Shown: one piece after another, positions 52,698-61,272 of the stretch
Numbering within the stretch: the stretch's first letter is position 1
Layout of the letters: every line of letters starts with the position of its first letter
Assembly: GCA_965203555.1 (NCBI GenBank)
Contig: CBDBCY010000004.1
Coordinates: 2,368,001-2,432,000, forward strand
Direction: 5' to 3'
DNA from: Acidimicrobiia bacterium
Lineage (GTDB): Bacteria > Actinomycetota > Acidimicrobiia > Spongiisociales > ZC4RG35
DNA length: 64,000 bases
Translations under genes and position numbers: made by a program
The notes under the pieces: model-generated
What the model was told of the DNA's origin: nothing
Seen by the model: the letters and a program-made list of their open reading frames with translations, nothing else
Database searches by the model: none

Positions 52698-53756
52698 ATG
52701 ACAGATCCTCCCGATTTCTTGACAGATCCTCCCGATTCTTCCTCCGCCCCTCCTTCGCGCCGGCCTCGGTGGCTCTCGTTGCTGTGGACGGCAGTGGCCC
52801 TGGCGGTACTGGCGCCTCTGGGTTGGTTGATAAATCTGCCTTACTTTTCGGCCTCGGCCGGTCCCACCGGCGATGCGGTGGACGCGGTGATCGTACAGGA
52901 GGGTTTCCGGACATTCCAGCCGGAGGGAGAGCTGCTGCTCCTCACCGTGAGTTTGCAGCCGGTCAATCTTTACGAAGCGACCGTGGCGTTCTTTGACCGT
53001 AGGATCGACCTGATCGAGAAGGAGTTGCTCCGGCCCCAGGGCGAGACGAACGAGGAGGCTCGCCAGCGGAGTCTTCGGGCGATGGAACGGTCCAAGGACA
53101 TCGCGGTAGCCGTGGCGCTCGCCGAACTGGGGTTGGAGCAGGACCTGGCCGCGGGAGTGGAGGTGGTGGGGGTATTTCGGGAGGCGCCGGCCTCCGAAAC
53201 CCTGGCCGACGGTGACCTGCTGGTGGAGATGGAATCGCAACCGATCCGGACGGTGGGGGACATCCGTACGATTCTGGAGAGCCGCACGCCGGGGGAGGAG
53301 GTGCAGGTGACGGTGATTCGGGGATCGGAACGGATACCGCTCAGTTTCGCCCTGCACTCCAATCCCGACTCGCCTGAGCGCGCCATGGTGGGCATCAGCG
53401 CATCGACCGCTTATCCCATCGAGATTGACTCCGCCAACTATGGCGGCCCCTCTGCGGGGATGATCTATACCCTGGCGGTGATAGATCTTCTGGAGGAGGG
53501 AAACCTCACCGACGGTAGGGTGGTGGCCGGCACCGGAACCATCGGTATGGACGGATCGGTGGGGGCCATCGGAGGTATCCGCCAGAAGCTGGTGGCGGCT
53601 GAGGCGGCCGGCGCCGATGTGGTGCTGGTGCCAACGGACAACTACGCTGAAGCAACCACTGCCCCGGTGGATGTTGAGATCGTGGCGGTCGAAACGATCT
53701 CCGACGCGGTAAGTTATCTTCGGGAAGGCAAGGCAGGGACAAAAGAGACACAATGA
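52698..53756 (+). CDS. PDZ-domain Lon-like (S16) membrane protease (YlbL/Rv3194c-like)
   Basis: N-terminal TM, LPY...GP, M..SK..A, PDZ domain, GGPSAGM (Ser), AGTGTI..DG.VGAIGGIRQK (Lys). Confidence 0.9.
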   Translation: MTDPPDFLTDPPDSSSAPPSRRPRWLSLLWTAVALAVLAPLGWLINLPYFSASAGPTGDAVDAVIVQEGFRTFQPEGELLLLTVSLQPVNLYEATVAFFDRRIDLIEKELLRPQGETNEEARQRSLRAMERSKDIAVAVALAELGLEQDLAAGVEVVGVFREAPASETLADGDLLVEMESQPIRTVGDIRTILESRTPGEEVQVTVIRGSERIPLSFALHSNPDSPERAMVGISASTAYPIEIDSANYGGPSAGMIYTLAVIDLLEEGNLTDGRVVAGTGTIGMDGSVGAIGGIRQKLVAAEAAGADVVLVPTDNYAEATTAPVDVEIVAVETISDAVSYLREGKAGTKETQ

Positions 53757-54877
53757 ACTTTTCTTTCACAGAGGAACAAGAGGAACTGCGTCGCTACACG
53801 CGACAGTGGTTGGACCGCAACTGTGCGATGGAAACAGTGCGCCGACTCATGGACACAGAGCGCGGCTACGAACCTCGGCACTGGGAGGCGATTGCAGAGA
53901 TGGGTTGGCTGGCGATGGCCATTCCCGAGGAGTGGGGCGGTGCAGGTTTCAGCTTCCTCGAGTTGTTCGTGCTGCTGGAGGAGCAGGGAAGGACGCTGTT
54001 CTGCTCTCCTTTCCTTTCCACGGTGGTGATGGCGGCGGGGGTGGTGGAGGAGGCTGGTGACGAGGAGCAGAAGCGCAGGATACTCCCGGCGATTGCAGGG
54101 GGTGAGTTGATCGCCACGGTGGCGTTCAGCGAGCCGAACGGCCGGTGGGACTCCGAGGGAGTGACCGCTTCGGCCAGGCCCCGTCCCGGGGGAGGCTGGA
54201 CATTGAACGGGACCAAGAGTTTCGTCCTCGACGGGCATGTCGCCGATCTGGTGGTGGTGGCGGCCCGCACCGGTCGGGGTGTTTCCTTGTTCCTGGTCCC
54301 CGGTGAGGCAAAAGGCATGGATCGCAGGCGGCTGGACACAATGGACCAGACCCGAAAGCAGGCCCGGATCGAACTGCGAGACGTCGGGTTGGGCGCCGGG
54401 GCACTGTTGGGCGCCGATGGGGAGGGATGGCCGATTCTGGAGAGGATGATGCAGAAAGCAGTGGTGGCGCTTTCGGCGGAACAGGTGGGCGGTGCCCAGG
54501 CGTGCCTGGAGATGGCGGTCTCCTACGCTAAGGTCAGGAAACAATTCGGCCGTCCGATCGGCTCTTTTCAAGCCATCAAACACAAGTGCGCCGATATGCT
54601 GGCCCAGGTGGAGTCGGCCCGCTCTGCCGCCTATTACGCCGGCTGGGCGGTGAGCGAGGACAACGAGGAGCGGCCTTTGATGGCCAGTCTCGCCAAGTCG
54701 TATTGCTCGGAGGCCTACTTCGCCTCGGCGGCGGAGAACATCCAGATCCACGGCGGTATCGGTTTCACCTGGGAACATGACGCTCACCTGTATTTCAAGC
54801 GGGCAAAGAGTTCCGAATTGCTGTTCGGGGACCCTTCGCTGCACCGGGAGAAGATCGCGGATCAACTGGGTCTTTAG
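53753..54877 (+). CDS. Acyl-CoA dehydrogenase family protein
   Basis: FTEEQEELR, IPEEWGG.G, LNGTK.FV, R.QFGRPIGSFQAIKH, QIHGGIGFTWEHD.HLYFKRA. Confidence 0.92.
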   Translation: MNFSFTEEQEELRRYTRQWLDRNCAMETVRRLMDTERGYEPRHWEAIAEMGWLAMAIPEEWGGAGFSFLELFVLLEEQGRTLFCSPFLSTVVMAAGVVEEAGDEEQKRRILPAIAGGELIATVAFSEPNGRWDSEGVTASARPRPGGGWTLNGTKSFVLDGHVADLVVVAARTGRGVSLFLVPGEAKGMDRRRLDTMDQTRKQARIELRDVGLGAGALLGADGEGWPILERMMQKAVVALSAEQVGGAQACLEMAVSYAKVRKQFGRPIGSFQAIKHKCADMLAQVESARSAAYYAGWAVSEDNEERPLMASLAKSYCSEAYFASAAENIQIHGGIGFTWEHDAHLYFKRAKSSELLFGDPSLHREKIADQLGL

Positions 54878-54891
54878 CCCGCGATTCGCCG

Positions 54892-55353
54892 ATGTCCGGA
54901 TTCACCACAGTCGCCCTGGGCGGGTTGCTGGGCGCGGTCTTTCTTGCCTTGGTGGCAATCCTGCTGTGGCAGGAAGCCAAGCGCCGCCGGGCGTCAGGGG
55001 GGGCTGTCTATGTTGTCTCCGATGCGCTGGACCACATAAAGAGCAGTCTGGCGTCCGACATACGGCAGCGGTTGGGGAATGCCGGCATTCAGCGCATCGT
55101 CGAATGGGAGATCTACTACCTGCAGGGCTTGGCCCAAAAGAACCGTCGCCAACCGGTGGAAACGGTGGCGGGGGGTTCGCAATCCTCGATCGACTACATC
55201 CGCGAGCAGATTGCCAAGCGGCACGGCATCGAGATACCCTCAGATGACATCCGCGCAGTGTTGGAATTGGAAGCCGAGTACCTGCACAGCATCGGGGCGG
55301 TAGGGCAAAGGATCGGCCCCCTGGAGGAGTTGGCGGAAGAGGAGAGAGGTTGA
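54892..55353 (+). CDS. Membrane-anchored hypothetical protein
   Basis: N-terminal TM (VALGGLLGAVFLALVAILLW), helical body ending VLELEAEYLHSIGAVG; tightly spaced with its neighbours. Confidence 0.65.
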   Translation: MSGFTTVALGGLLGAVFLALVAILLWQEAKRRRASGGAVYVVSDALDHIKSSLASDIRQRLGNAGIQRIVEWEIYYLQGLAQKNRRQPVETVAGGSQSSIDYIREQIAKRHGIEIPSDDIRAVLELEAEYLHSIGAVGQRIGPLEELAEEERG

Positions 55354-55356
55354 GAC

Positions 55357-55692
55357 ATGAGAGTCAGATGCGGCGCCTGCCGCTCCAGCGTCACGATTGC
55401 CCGTCCCGGCCGCTTTTCATGCCCGCATTGTGGGGCGATGAACCAGGTAAAGGGACCCGCGCCCGGTCCGGGAGGCCCCCCGCCGCCCGCCGGGGCGCCG
55501 CGCCCGGTACCCGGACCACCGCGCGGGTACCCGGGGGTTGAACCTGCCGGACCTCCGCCGCCTCCCCCGCCCGAGGCGCCCTCTCCCCGCATCCGTTGCC
55601 CCCAATGTTTGTTCAGCTTCATAGTGGGCCCGATCCAGACCGCCATCTGCCCCAACTGCCGGGCAGAGGTCCCGGTGTCGGGCGTCCACTGA
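55357..55692 (+). CDS. Double zinc-ribbon protein with a polyproline linker
   Basis: CGAC..CPHC, ~45-aa Pro/Gly linker, CPQC..CPNC; GAGG RBS; stop overlaps the next start. Confidence 0.7.
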   Translation: MRVRCGACRSSVTIARPGRFSCPHCGAMNQVKGPAPGPGGPPPPAGAPRPVPGPPRGYPGVEPAGPPPPPPPEAPSPRIRCPQCLFSFIVGPIQTAICPNCRAEVPVSGVH

Positions 55693-56606
55693 TGGAGTTG
55701 GGCGTCTCCCTGGTGGATCCACGCCTTTCTTCCCGGCAACTCACCGACGTCGTCGTGCGGGCCGAGCAACTCGGCTACCGGGCCGCTTGGACCAACGAGT
55801 CGGTCCACCGGGAGGCTTTCTCCACTTTGGCCGGGTGGGCGGCGGTCACCTCCCGAATCCGTCTGGCCACCGGGGTGGCGCCGGTGTACGTCCGTTCCCC
55901 CCTGGCGGCGATGATGGGCGCCGCGACCGTCGCCATGGCGGCCGGACCGGGCCGCATGGTGCTGGGAATCGGCTCGGGACGCCGGTCAGTTGCCCGTTGC
56001 CATTTTGGTTTCGACCTGTCTTCACCGCTGGAGGCGGTCTCCGATTATCTGAAGATCATCCGAGAACTCCGCCACCACCGAAGCGTCATCCACCACGGCA
56101 AGGTGTTCTCGGTGGAAGGAGCAAAGCTCGGGTTGCTCGCCGCCGGTCCGATCTGGACCGTGGTCGGCGCCCTGGGACCGCGCATGTTGGAATTGGCGGT
56201 AACCGAGGCCGACGGCGTGTTGCTCAACTGGTCGACGGCGGCTCATCTGCGTTCCACGGCCAAGTGGATACGCGAATTCGACCGGGGAGCGTCTTTTTTC
56301 CACATTGCCGCCTATGTTCGGGTGGCCGTCTCCTCCGACCCCGAAGCAGCCCGGCAGGCACTGGTGAAAGAACTGGGTTACTACCTTCGGCAACCGGCCT
56401 ACCGGCGGCATGTCCACCGGCAAGGGCTGGATCCCGACGATGTCTCCACGGCGGCCGACCACCTGGGAATCGCCGGCAATGCGAAGGAGTGCCGAGCCGG
56501 CCTGGACGCCTACCGTTCCTCGGGGTTGGACGAGTTGGTGATCCGCCCGGTTCCGGTGGGGGAGGAGGGGATCGGAGCTGCCGTGGAGGCGATGGCGCCT
56601 TCCTAG
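55692..56606 (+). CDS. LLM-class flavin/F420-dependent oxidoreductase
   Basis: AEQLGY.AAW..E, TSRIRLATGV.PVY.RSP, GR.VLGIG.G, GALGPRML.LA..EADGVLL. Confidence 0.85.
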   Translation: MELGVSLVDPRLSSRQLTDVVVRAEQLGYRAAWTNESVHREAFSTLAGWAAVTSRIRLATGVAPVYVRSPLAAMMGAATVAMAAGPGRMVLGIGSGRRSVARCHFGFDLSSPLEAVSDYLKIIRELRHHRSVIHHGKVFSVEGAKLGLLAAGPIWTVVGALGPRMLELAVTEADGVLLNWSTAAHLRSTAKWIREFDRGASFFHIAAYVRVAVSSDPEAARQALVKELGYYLRQPAYRRHVHRQGLDPDDVSTAADHLGIAGNAKECRAGLDAYRSSGLDELVIRPVPVGEEGIGAAVEAMAPS

Positions 56607-56737
56607 AAATAGAGCCTTAAAAACCAGATGACACCAGCGATCAATATGGCCAGACCAACGGCTGCCGAGGCAATAATCAGATACCGGGTGGGCACCCGGC
56701 CAATGATATTGGGGGGAGTAGATAAAATCATCAGCAT
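56603..56737 (-). CDS. Candidate 44-aa single-TM small protein
   Basis: Read by hand: MLMILSTPPNIIGRVPTRYLIIASAAVGLAILIAGVIWFLRLYF*. It fills most of the intergenic gap and is shorter than any ORF in the track. Confidence 0.4.
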   Translation of the reverse strand: MLMILSTPPNIIGRVPTRYLIIASAAVGLAILIAGVIWFLRLYF

Positions 56738-56757
56738 GACGTACCCTGTTTTGTCCA

Positions 56758-58131
56758 ATGAGTGACTCCGAGTTCGACGTCCTGGTCCTGGGAGGGGGTC
56801 CGGGAGGATACGCCACCGCTCTCTACGCCCGCAACTTCGGGCTGTCGGTGGGACTGGTGGAGCAGGAAAAGCCCGGGGGGACCTGCCTGCTGCGGGGATG
56901 CATCCCGGCCAAGCAGTGGCTGCAGGTGGCGGAGGTGTTCACCACCGTAAAGAAAGCCGGGGACTTCGGGGTGCTGTCGTCCCAACCCGAGTTGGACTGG
57001 CCGGCGGCCCTGGCTCGCAAGGACCGGGTGGTCAACCAGTTGGTGTCCGGCCTTTCAGGTCTGCTCCGCCGAAGGGGGGTGAAGGTCGTCTCGGGTCGTG
57101 GGAGGCTTGCCGGGCCCGGGCGAGTGGAGGTGGAAGGGCGGGTATCACTTGGAGGCAGGGCGGTGGTCCTGGCAACCGGATCGCACGCCCGCACCATCCC
57201 CGGCTGGGAGATCGACGGCGAGCGAATAGTGACTTCCGATCATGCGGTGGACTGGGCTTCCCGGCCAGACCGGGTGGCAATCATCGGCGGCGGGGTGATC
57301 GGCTGCGAATTCGCATCACTTTTGGTGGATGTGGGTACGCAGGTGCATGTGTTCGAACTGGAGAAGCAGCTCATACCGGGGGGAGACACCGACGCCTCTC
57401 GCCAGTTGATGAGACAACTGGCCAAGCGGGGCGTGGAATTCTATTTGAAGACCGGGGTGGGTCCCGCCGAAACCACCGACAGCGGCGTCAAAGTCTCCTT
57501 TCGGGACCGCAGTGTTGAAGTGGATGTGGCGCTGGTGGCGGTGGGAAGGGGCCCCAACACCGATGGAGTGGGGTTGGAGACGGTGCGGGCCGAAGTGGAC
57601 CGGGGCTACGTCAAGGCCGATCCGGAAACCATGGAGACCGCCGAGCCCGGCCTGTTTGCGGTGGGGGATATCGTCGCCGGGACTCCCCAATTGGCACACG
57701 CGGCTTTTGCCGAGGGCATTGCGGCGGCCACCTACATCGCCACCGGAGAACCGGCGCCGGTCGATTACCGGGTGATTCCCAGAGTCACCTATACCCATCC
57801 GGAGGTGGCGGAGGTCGGCATCACCGCCGCCGAGGCCAAGGCGCAGGGGATGGAGGTTGAGATCACCAAGCATCCTTTTGGCGGTGTGGGACGGGCTCTC
57901 ATCATCGGCCAGAGCCAGGGTATGGTGAAGGTGGTGGCAGAAAAGGACGGTCCTCTGGTGGGAGCGGCGGTGGTGGGTCCGCAGGCCGGGGAGATGATCC
58001 ACGAACTTATGTACGCGGTGGGCTGGGAAGCGCTTCCGGACGAGGCCGCCGCGTTCATTCACGCCCATCCCACGCTGTCGGAGGCCGTGGGAGAGACGTT
58101 GTTGTCAGCCACGGGCCGCAGCCTGCACTGA
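56758..58131 (+). CDS. lpdA: Dihydrolipoamide dehydrogenase (E3)
   Basis: GGGPGGY, GGTCLLRGCIP, IIGGGVIGCEFA, AVGD, HAHPTLSE. Confidence 0.95.
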   Translation: MSDSEFDVLVLGGGPGGYATALYARNFGLSVGLVEQEKPGGTCLLRGCIPAKQWLQVAEVFTTVKKAGDFGVLSSQPELDWPAALARKDRVVNQLVSGLSGLLRRRGVKVVSGRGRLAGPGRVEVEGRVSLGGRAVVLATGSHARTIPGWEIDGERIVTSDHAVDWASRPDRVAIIGGGVIGCEFASLLVDVGTQVHVFELEKQLIPGGDTDASRQLMRQLAKRGVEFYLKTGVGPAETTDSGVKVSFRDRSVEVDVALVAVGRGPNTDGVGLETVRAEVDRGYVKADPETMETAEPGLFAVGDIVAGTPQLAHAAFAEGIAAATYIATGEPAPVDYRVIPRVTYTHPEVAEVGITAAEAKAQGMEVEITKHPFGGVGRALIIGQSQGMVKVVAEKDGPLVGAAVVGPQAGEMIHELMYAVGWEALPDEAAAFIHAHPTLSEAVGETLLSATGRSLH

Positions 58132-58146
58132 CGGAAAGGAATCCTG

Positions 58147-59484
58147 ATGACCACCACCATCCCCATGCCACAGTTGGGGGAAACCATCACCGAGGGAACC
58201 CTCCTGCGGTGGGCAAAGCAGGTGGGTGACGCCATTTCCCAGGGCGAGGTGGTTCTGGAGATTTCCACCGACAAGGTGGACACCGAAGTCCCGTCGCCGG
58301 TGTCAGGCGTGATGTTGGAGATACTGGTGGAGGAGGGAGAGACGGTGGAGGTGGGAACCGACCTCTGTGTGGTGGGGGATTCCGAAGCGCAGGTTCCGGA
58401 GGAGGCGCCTGCTCCCCGGGTCGTCTCCGAACCTGTTGAAAAAACGCCGGCGGCAGAGGTTCCGCCGCAGGAGTCGCCCGCCGCGCCGGCGCCGGAGAGT
58501 TCCCAGGGAACCAGGGGCCGTTCCAAACGCCTGTCCCCGGTGGTTCGTCGCCTGGTGCGCCGGCACGGGTTGGACATTGAAATGATCGCAGGCACCGGCC
58601 AGGGAGGCAGGGTCACCCGCCGGGACGTGGAAGCGTATCTGGGGACAGTTCCCAGGCCATCGGCGCCGGCGCCTGCTCCCCGACCCGCAGTTGTGTCGCG
58701 GCCGGCGGTCGAGCCGGCAACCCCGCCTCCGGCGCCTGCACCGGTCCCTGCGGTAGCCCCCGCCCCTGAGGAGAGAACGGATCTGAGCAGGCTGCGGGTC
58801 CGGATCGGAGAGAACATGATCCGTTCCCGGCGGACCGCCGCTCACGTGTGGAGCGCCATGGAGGTTGACTACGAACCGGTGGCGGAGGTGCGCGCCGCCC
58901 ACAAGGAGCGTTTCAAGCGAGATCATGGGTTTTCGCTCACCTACCTGCCCTTTGTCTGCCGGGCCGCCATTGACGCTCTGCGGGCGTACCCGGTGGTGAA
59001 CAGTTCCTTCTATCTGGAGGAGCGCAAAGCCGAATACCACGATCGGGTGCACCTGGGGATAGCGGTCGATCTCGACCAGCAGGGTCTGGTGGTGGTGACC
59101 ATCAGGGACGCCGAGGATCTGCGGCTTGCCGGACTCGCCAGGCACATCCGGCAACTGGCCGCGGCCGCCCGCAATCGACAGTTGGGGCCCGATCAGATGA
59201 CCGGTTCCACCTTCACCATCACCAATCCCGGACCGTTCGGGTCGTACATGTCAGCGCCGATCATCAACGTTCCCAACGTCGCCATCCTCTCCACCGACAC
59301 GGTCGCCAAGCGGCCGGTGGTGGTGACCACCTCCGACGGCCGGGACGCCCTGGCCATCCGTCACACGGGATTCTTGGGGTTCTCGTGGGATCACCGGGCT
59401 TTCGACGGGTCGACGGCAGTCCTCTTCCTGCAGCGTGTTAAACACAATCTGGAGACTTGGGACTGGGAGCAGGAACTGAAGTGA
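58147..59484 (+). CDS. 2-oxoacid dehydrogenase E2 dihydrolipoamide acyltransferase (DlaT/SucB-like)
   Basis: Lipoyl domain [14 protein letters not shown]3-binding [20 protein letters not shown], catalytic TFTITNPG and WDHRAFDG. Confidence 0.93.
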   Translation: MTTTIPMPQLGETITEGTLLRWAKQVGDAISQGEVVLEISTDKVDTEVPSPVSGVMLEILVEEGETVEVGTDLCVVGDSEAQVPEEAPAPRVVSEPVEKTPAAEVPPQESPAAPAPESSQGTRGRSKRLSPVVRRLVRRHGLDIEMIAGTGQGGRVTRRDVEAYLGTVPRPSAPAPAPRPAVVSRPAVEPATPPPAPAPVPAVAPAPEERTDLSRLRVRIGENMIRSRRTAAHVWSAMEVDYEPVAEVRAAHKERFKRDHGFSLTYLPFVCRAAIDALRAYPVVNSSFYLEERKAEYHDRVHLGIAVDLDQQGLVVVTIRDAEDLRLAGLARHIRQLAAAARNRQLGPDQMTGSTFTITNPGPFGSYMSAPIINVPNVAILSTDTVAKRPVVVTTSDGRDALAIRHTGFLGFSWDHRAFDGSTAVLFLQRVKHNLETWDWEQELK

Positions 59485-61194
59485 CCCCGCCCGGCCGGAG
59501 TTCCGCCCTTCGCGTGCGATGGCTGGGTCGACTTCCCTATGCAGAGGCCTGGGATCTCCAGCGAGCCGTCTGGGAACGTCGGAGCGGAGGGTCGACCGCA
59601 GACGACTACCTGTTGCTGCTGGAGCATCCCCACGTCTACACGGTGGGACGGAGGGGGGACGGTTCCCATCTGCTGATCGGTCCCGACCGGCTCTCGGAGG
59701 TGGGAGCGGAGTTCTTCCGGGTTGATCGGGGAGGGGACATCACCTATCACGGTCCCGGACAATTGGTGGGGTATCCACTGGTAGGCGTCAAACCCGGTCG
59801 GGTGACAGACTATGTTCGCTCCTTGGAGAGGGCTTTGATCCTGACCCTCTCCGATCTGGGAGTGAGTTCATGGCGGGAGAGGGGTTTGACCGGGGTATGG
59901 ACCGAGCGTGGAAAGGTGGCGGCCATCGGGGTACGTGTCTCCCGGCGGGTCTCCATGCACGGTTTCGCCCTGAATCTGCATCCGCAAATGGACTATTTCG
60001 ACTATATCAATCCCTGCGGAATCACCAGCCGTCCGGTTACCTCGGTGACTGAGTTGGCAGGTCATCGAGTTTCGATCGAGGAGGCGGTGGAAGCTTTCAT
60101 TCCTCGTTTTGTCGAAGTCTTCGGGTACCCCGAGGCGGAAACCCAGTTGGCGGCCTTCGCCCGTGGCCAGGGCCGGACCAAAGAGTTCGAAGTGGACAGG
60201 TTGCTGCGGGAGGGAACCTTCTCTCCCGACCGGCCGGCGCCTGCCGTCTCCCGGCGGTCCAGGAGATTGCCGGGCGAACCGCCGCGCCCCCCGTGGCTGA
60301 GGGTGACCGCCCGGATGGACCCCGAGTACCTGGAACTGAAGAAACTGATGCGATCCTTGGACCTGAACACGGTGTGCGAGGAGGCGGGGTGTCCCAACAT
60401 CTACGAATGCTGGGGGATGGGGACCGCCACCCTGATGATCCTCGGTGATCGATGCACCCGCGCCTGCGGGTTCTGCAACGTCACCACCGGCCGCCCGGTG
60501 GGGCTTGACCTGGAGGAACCGTACCGGGCTGCCGAGGCCGTCTCCCGGATGGGCCTCAGTCATGCGGTGATCACTTCGGTGAATCGTGACGACCTTGCCG
60601 ATGGGAGGCTCCTCGGTGTTTGCCGCCACCATCCGGGAAACCCGCGCCGTGTCTCCCCGGACTGATATCGAGGTGCTGATCCCCGACTTCAAAGGCGACC
60701 GCCAAGCGCTCGCCACGGTCATGGAGCAGCACCCCGACGTTCTCAACCACAACACCGAGACGGTGGTGCGTTTGCAACGGGAGATCCGCACCTCTGCCAA
60801 TTACGGGCGATCGCTGGCGCTCTTGGCGCGGGCCAAGCGTCTCTACCCGGAGGGTCTGGTGAAGTCCGGCCTGATCGTGGGGATGGGGGAGACGCGCGCC
60901 GAGGTCATGGGCGCATTGGCGGATCTGCGGGCGGTGGGCGTCGACATCGTCACCATCGGGCAGTACCTGCGGCCCACTCCCCGGCACCGGCCGGTGCATC
61001 GCTACGTGCATCCCGACGAGTTCGAGGAATATCGGGCCTTCGGCGAGAGAGTAGGCATTCCGCACGTGGAGTCGGGACCGTTGGTTCGCTCCAGCTATCA
61101 CGCCAAGAGCGCCAAGCAGTCGGTCGCTCCGCCGTCGGTGGGGAGGACGCCGGTGGTGATCGGTCGTCGCTCTCCGGTTAGCGTCTCCTCATAA
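59481..61194 (+). CDS. LipB-LipA fusion (octanoyltransferase + lipoyl synthase), interrupted by a +1 frameshift at about 60604
   Basis: LipB: [42 protein letters not shown]. It runs without a stop into LipA: [20 protein letters not shown]. The second frame carries [29 protein letters not shown]. Confidence 0.88.
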
Positions 61195-61272
61195 TCGCCG
61201 AACGGGTCTAAGCTACATGATTGCGGCGCGGGTGGGGTCATCGAGACTGTTCCCACATTGACGAGCTTTACC

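Noticed and set aside
52699-52737. 18-bp duplication (21-bp period) at the start of the PDZ-Lon gene
   Set aside because: A two-copy in-frame slippage in a disordered N-terminus (TDPPD x2); no sign of function.
60595-60612. Programmed ribosomal frameshift in lipA
   Set aside because: No canonical slippery heptamer; a single-base homopolymer indel is simpler, and a similar indel occurs in the HEPN gene.
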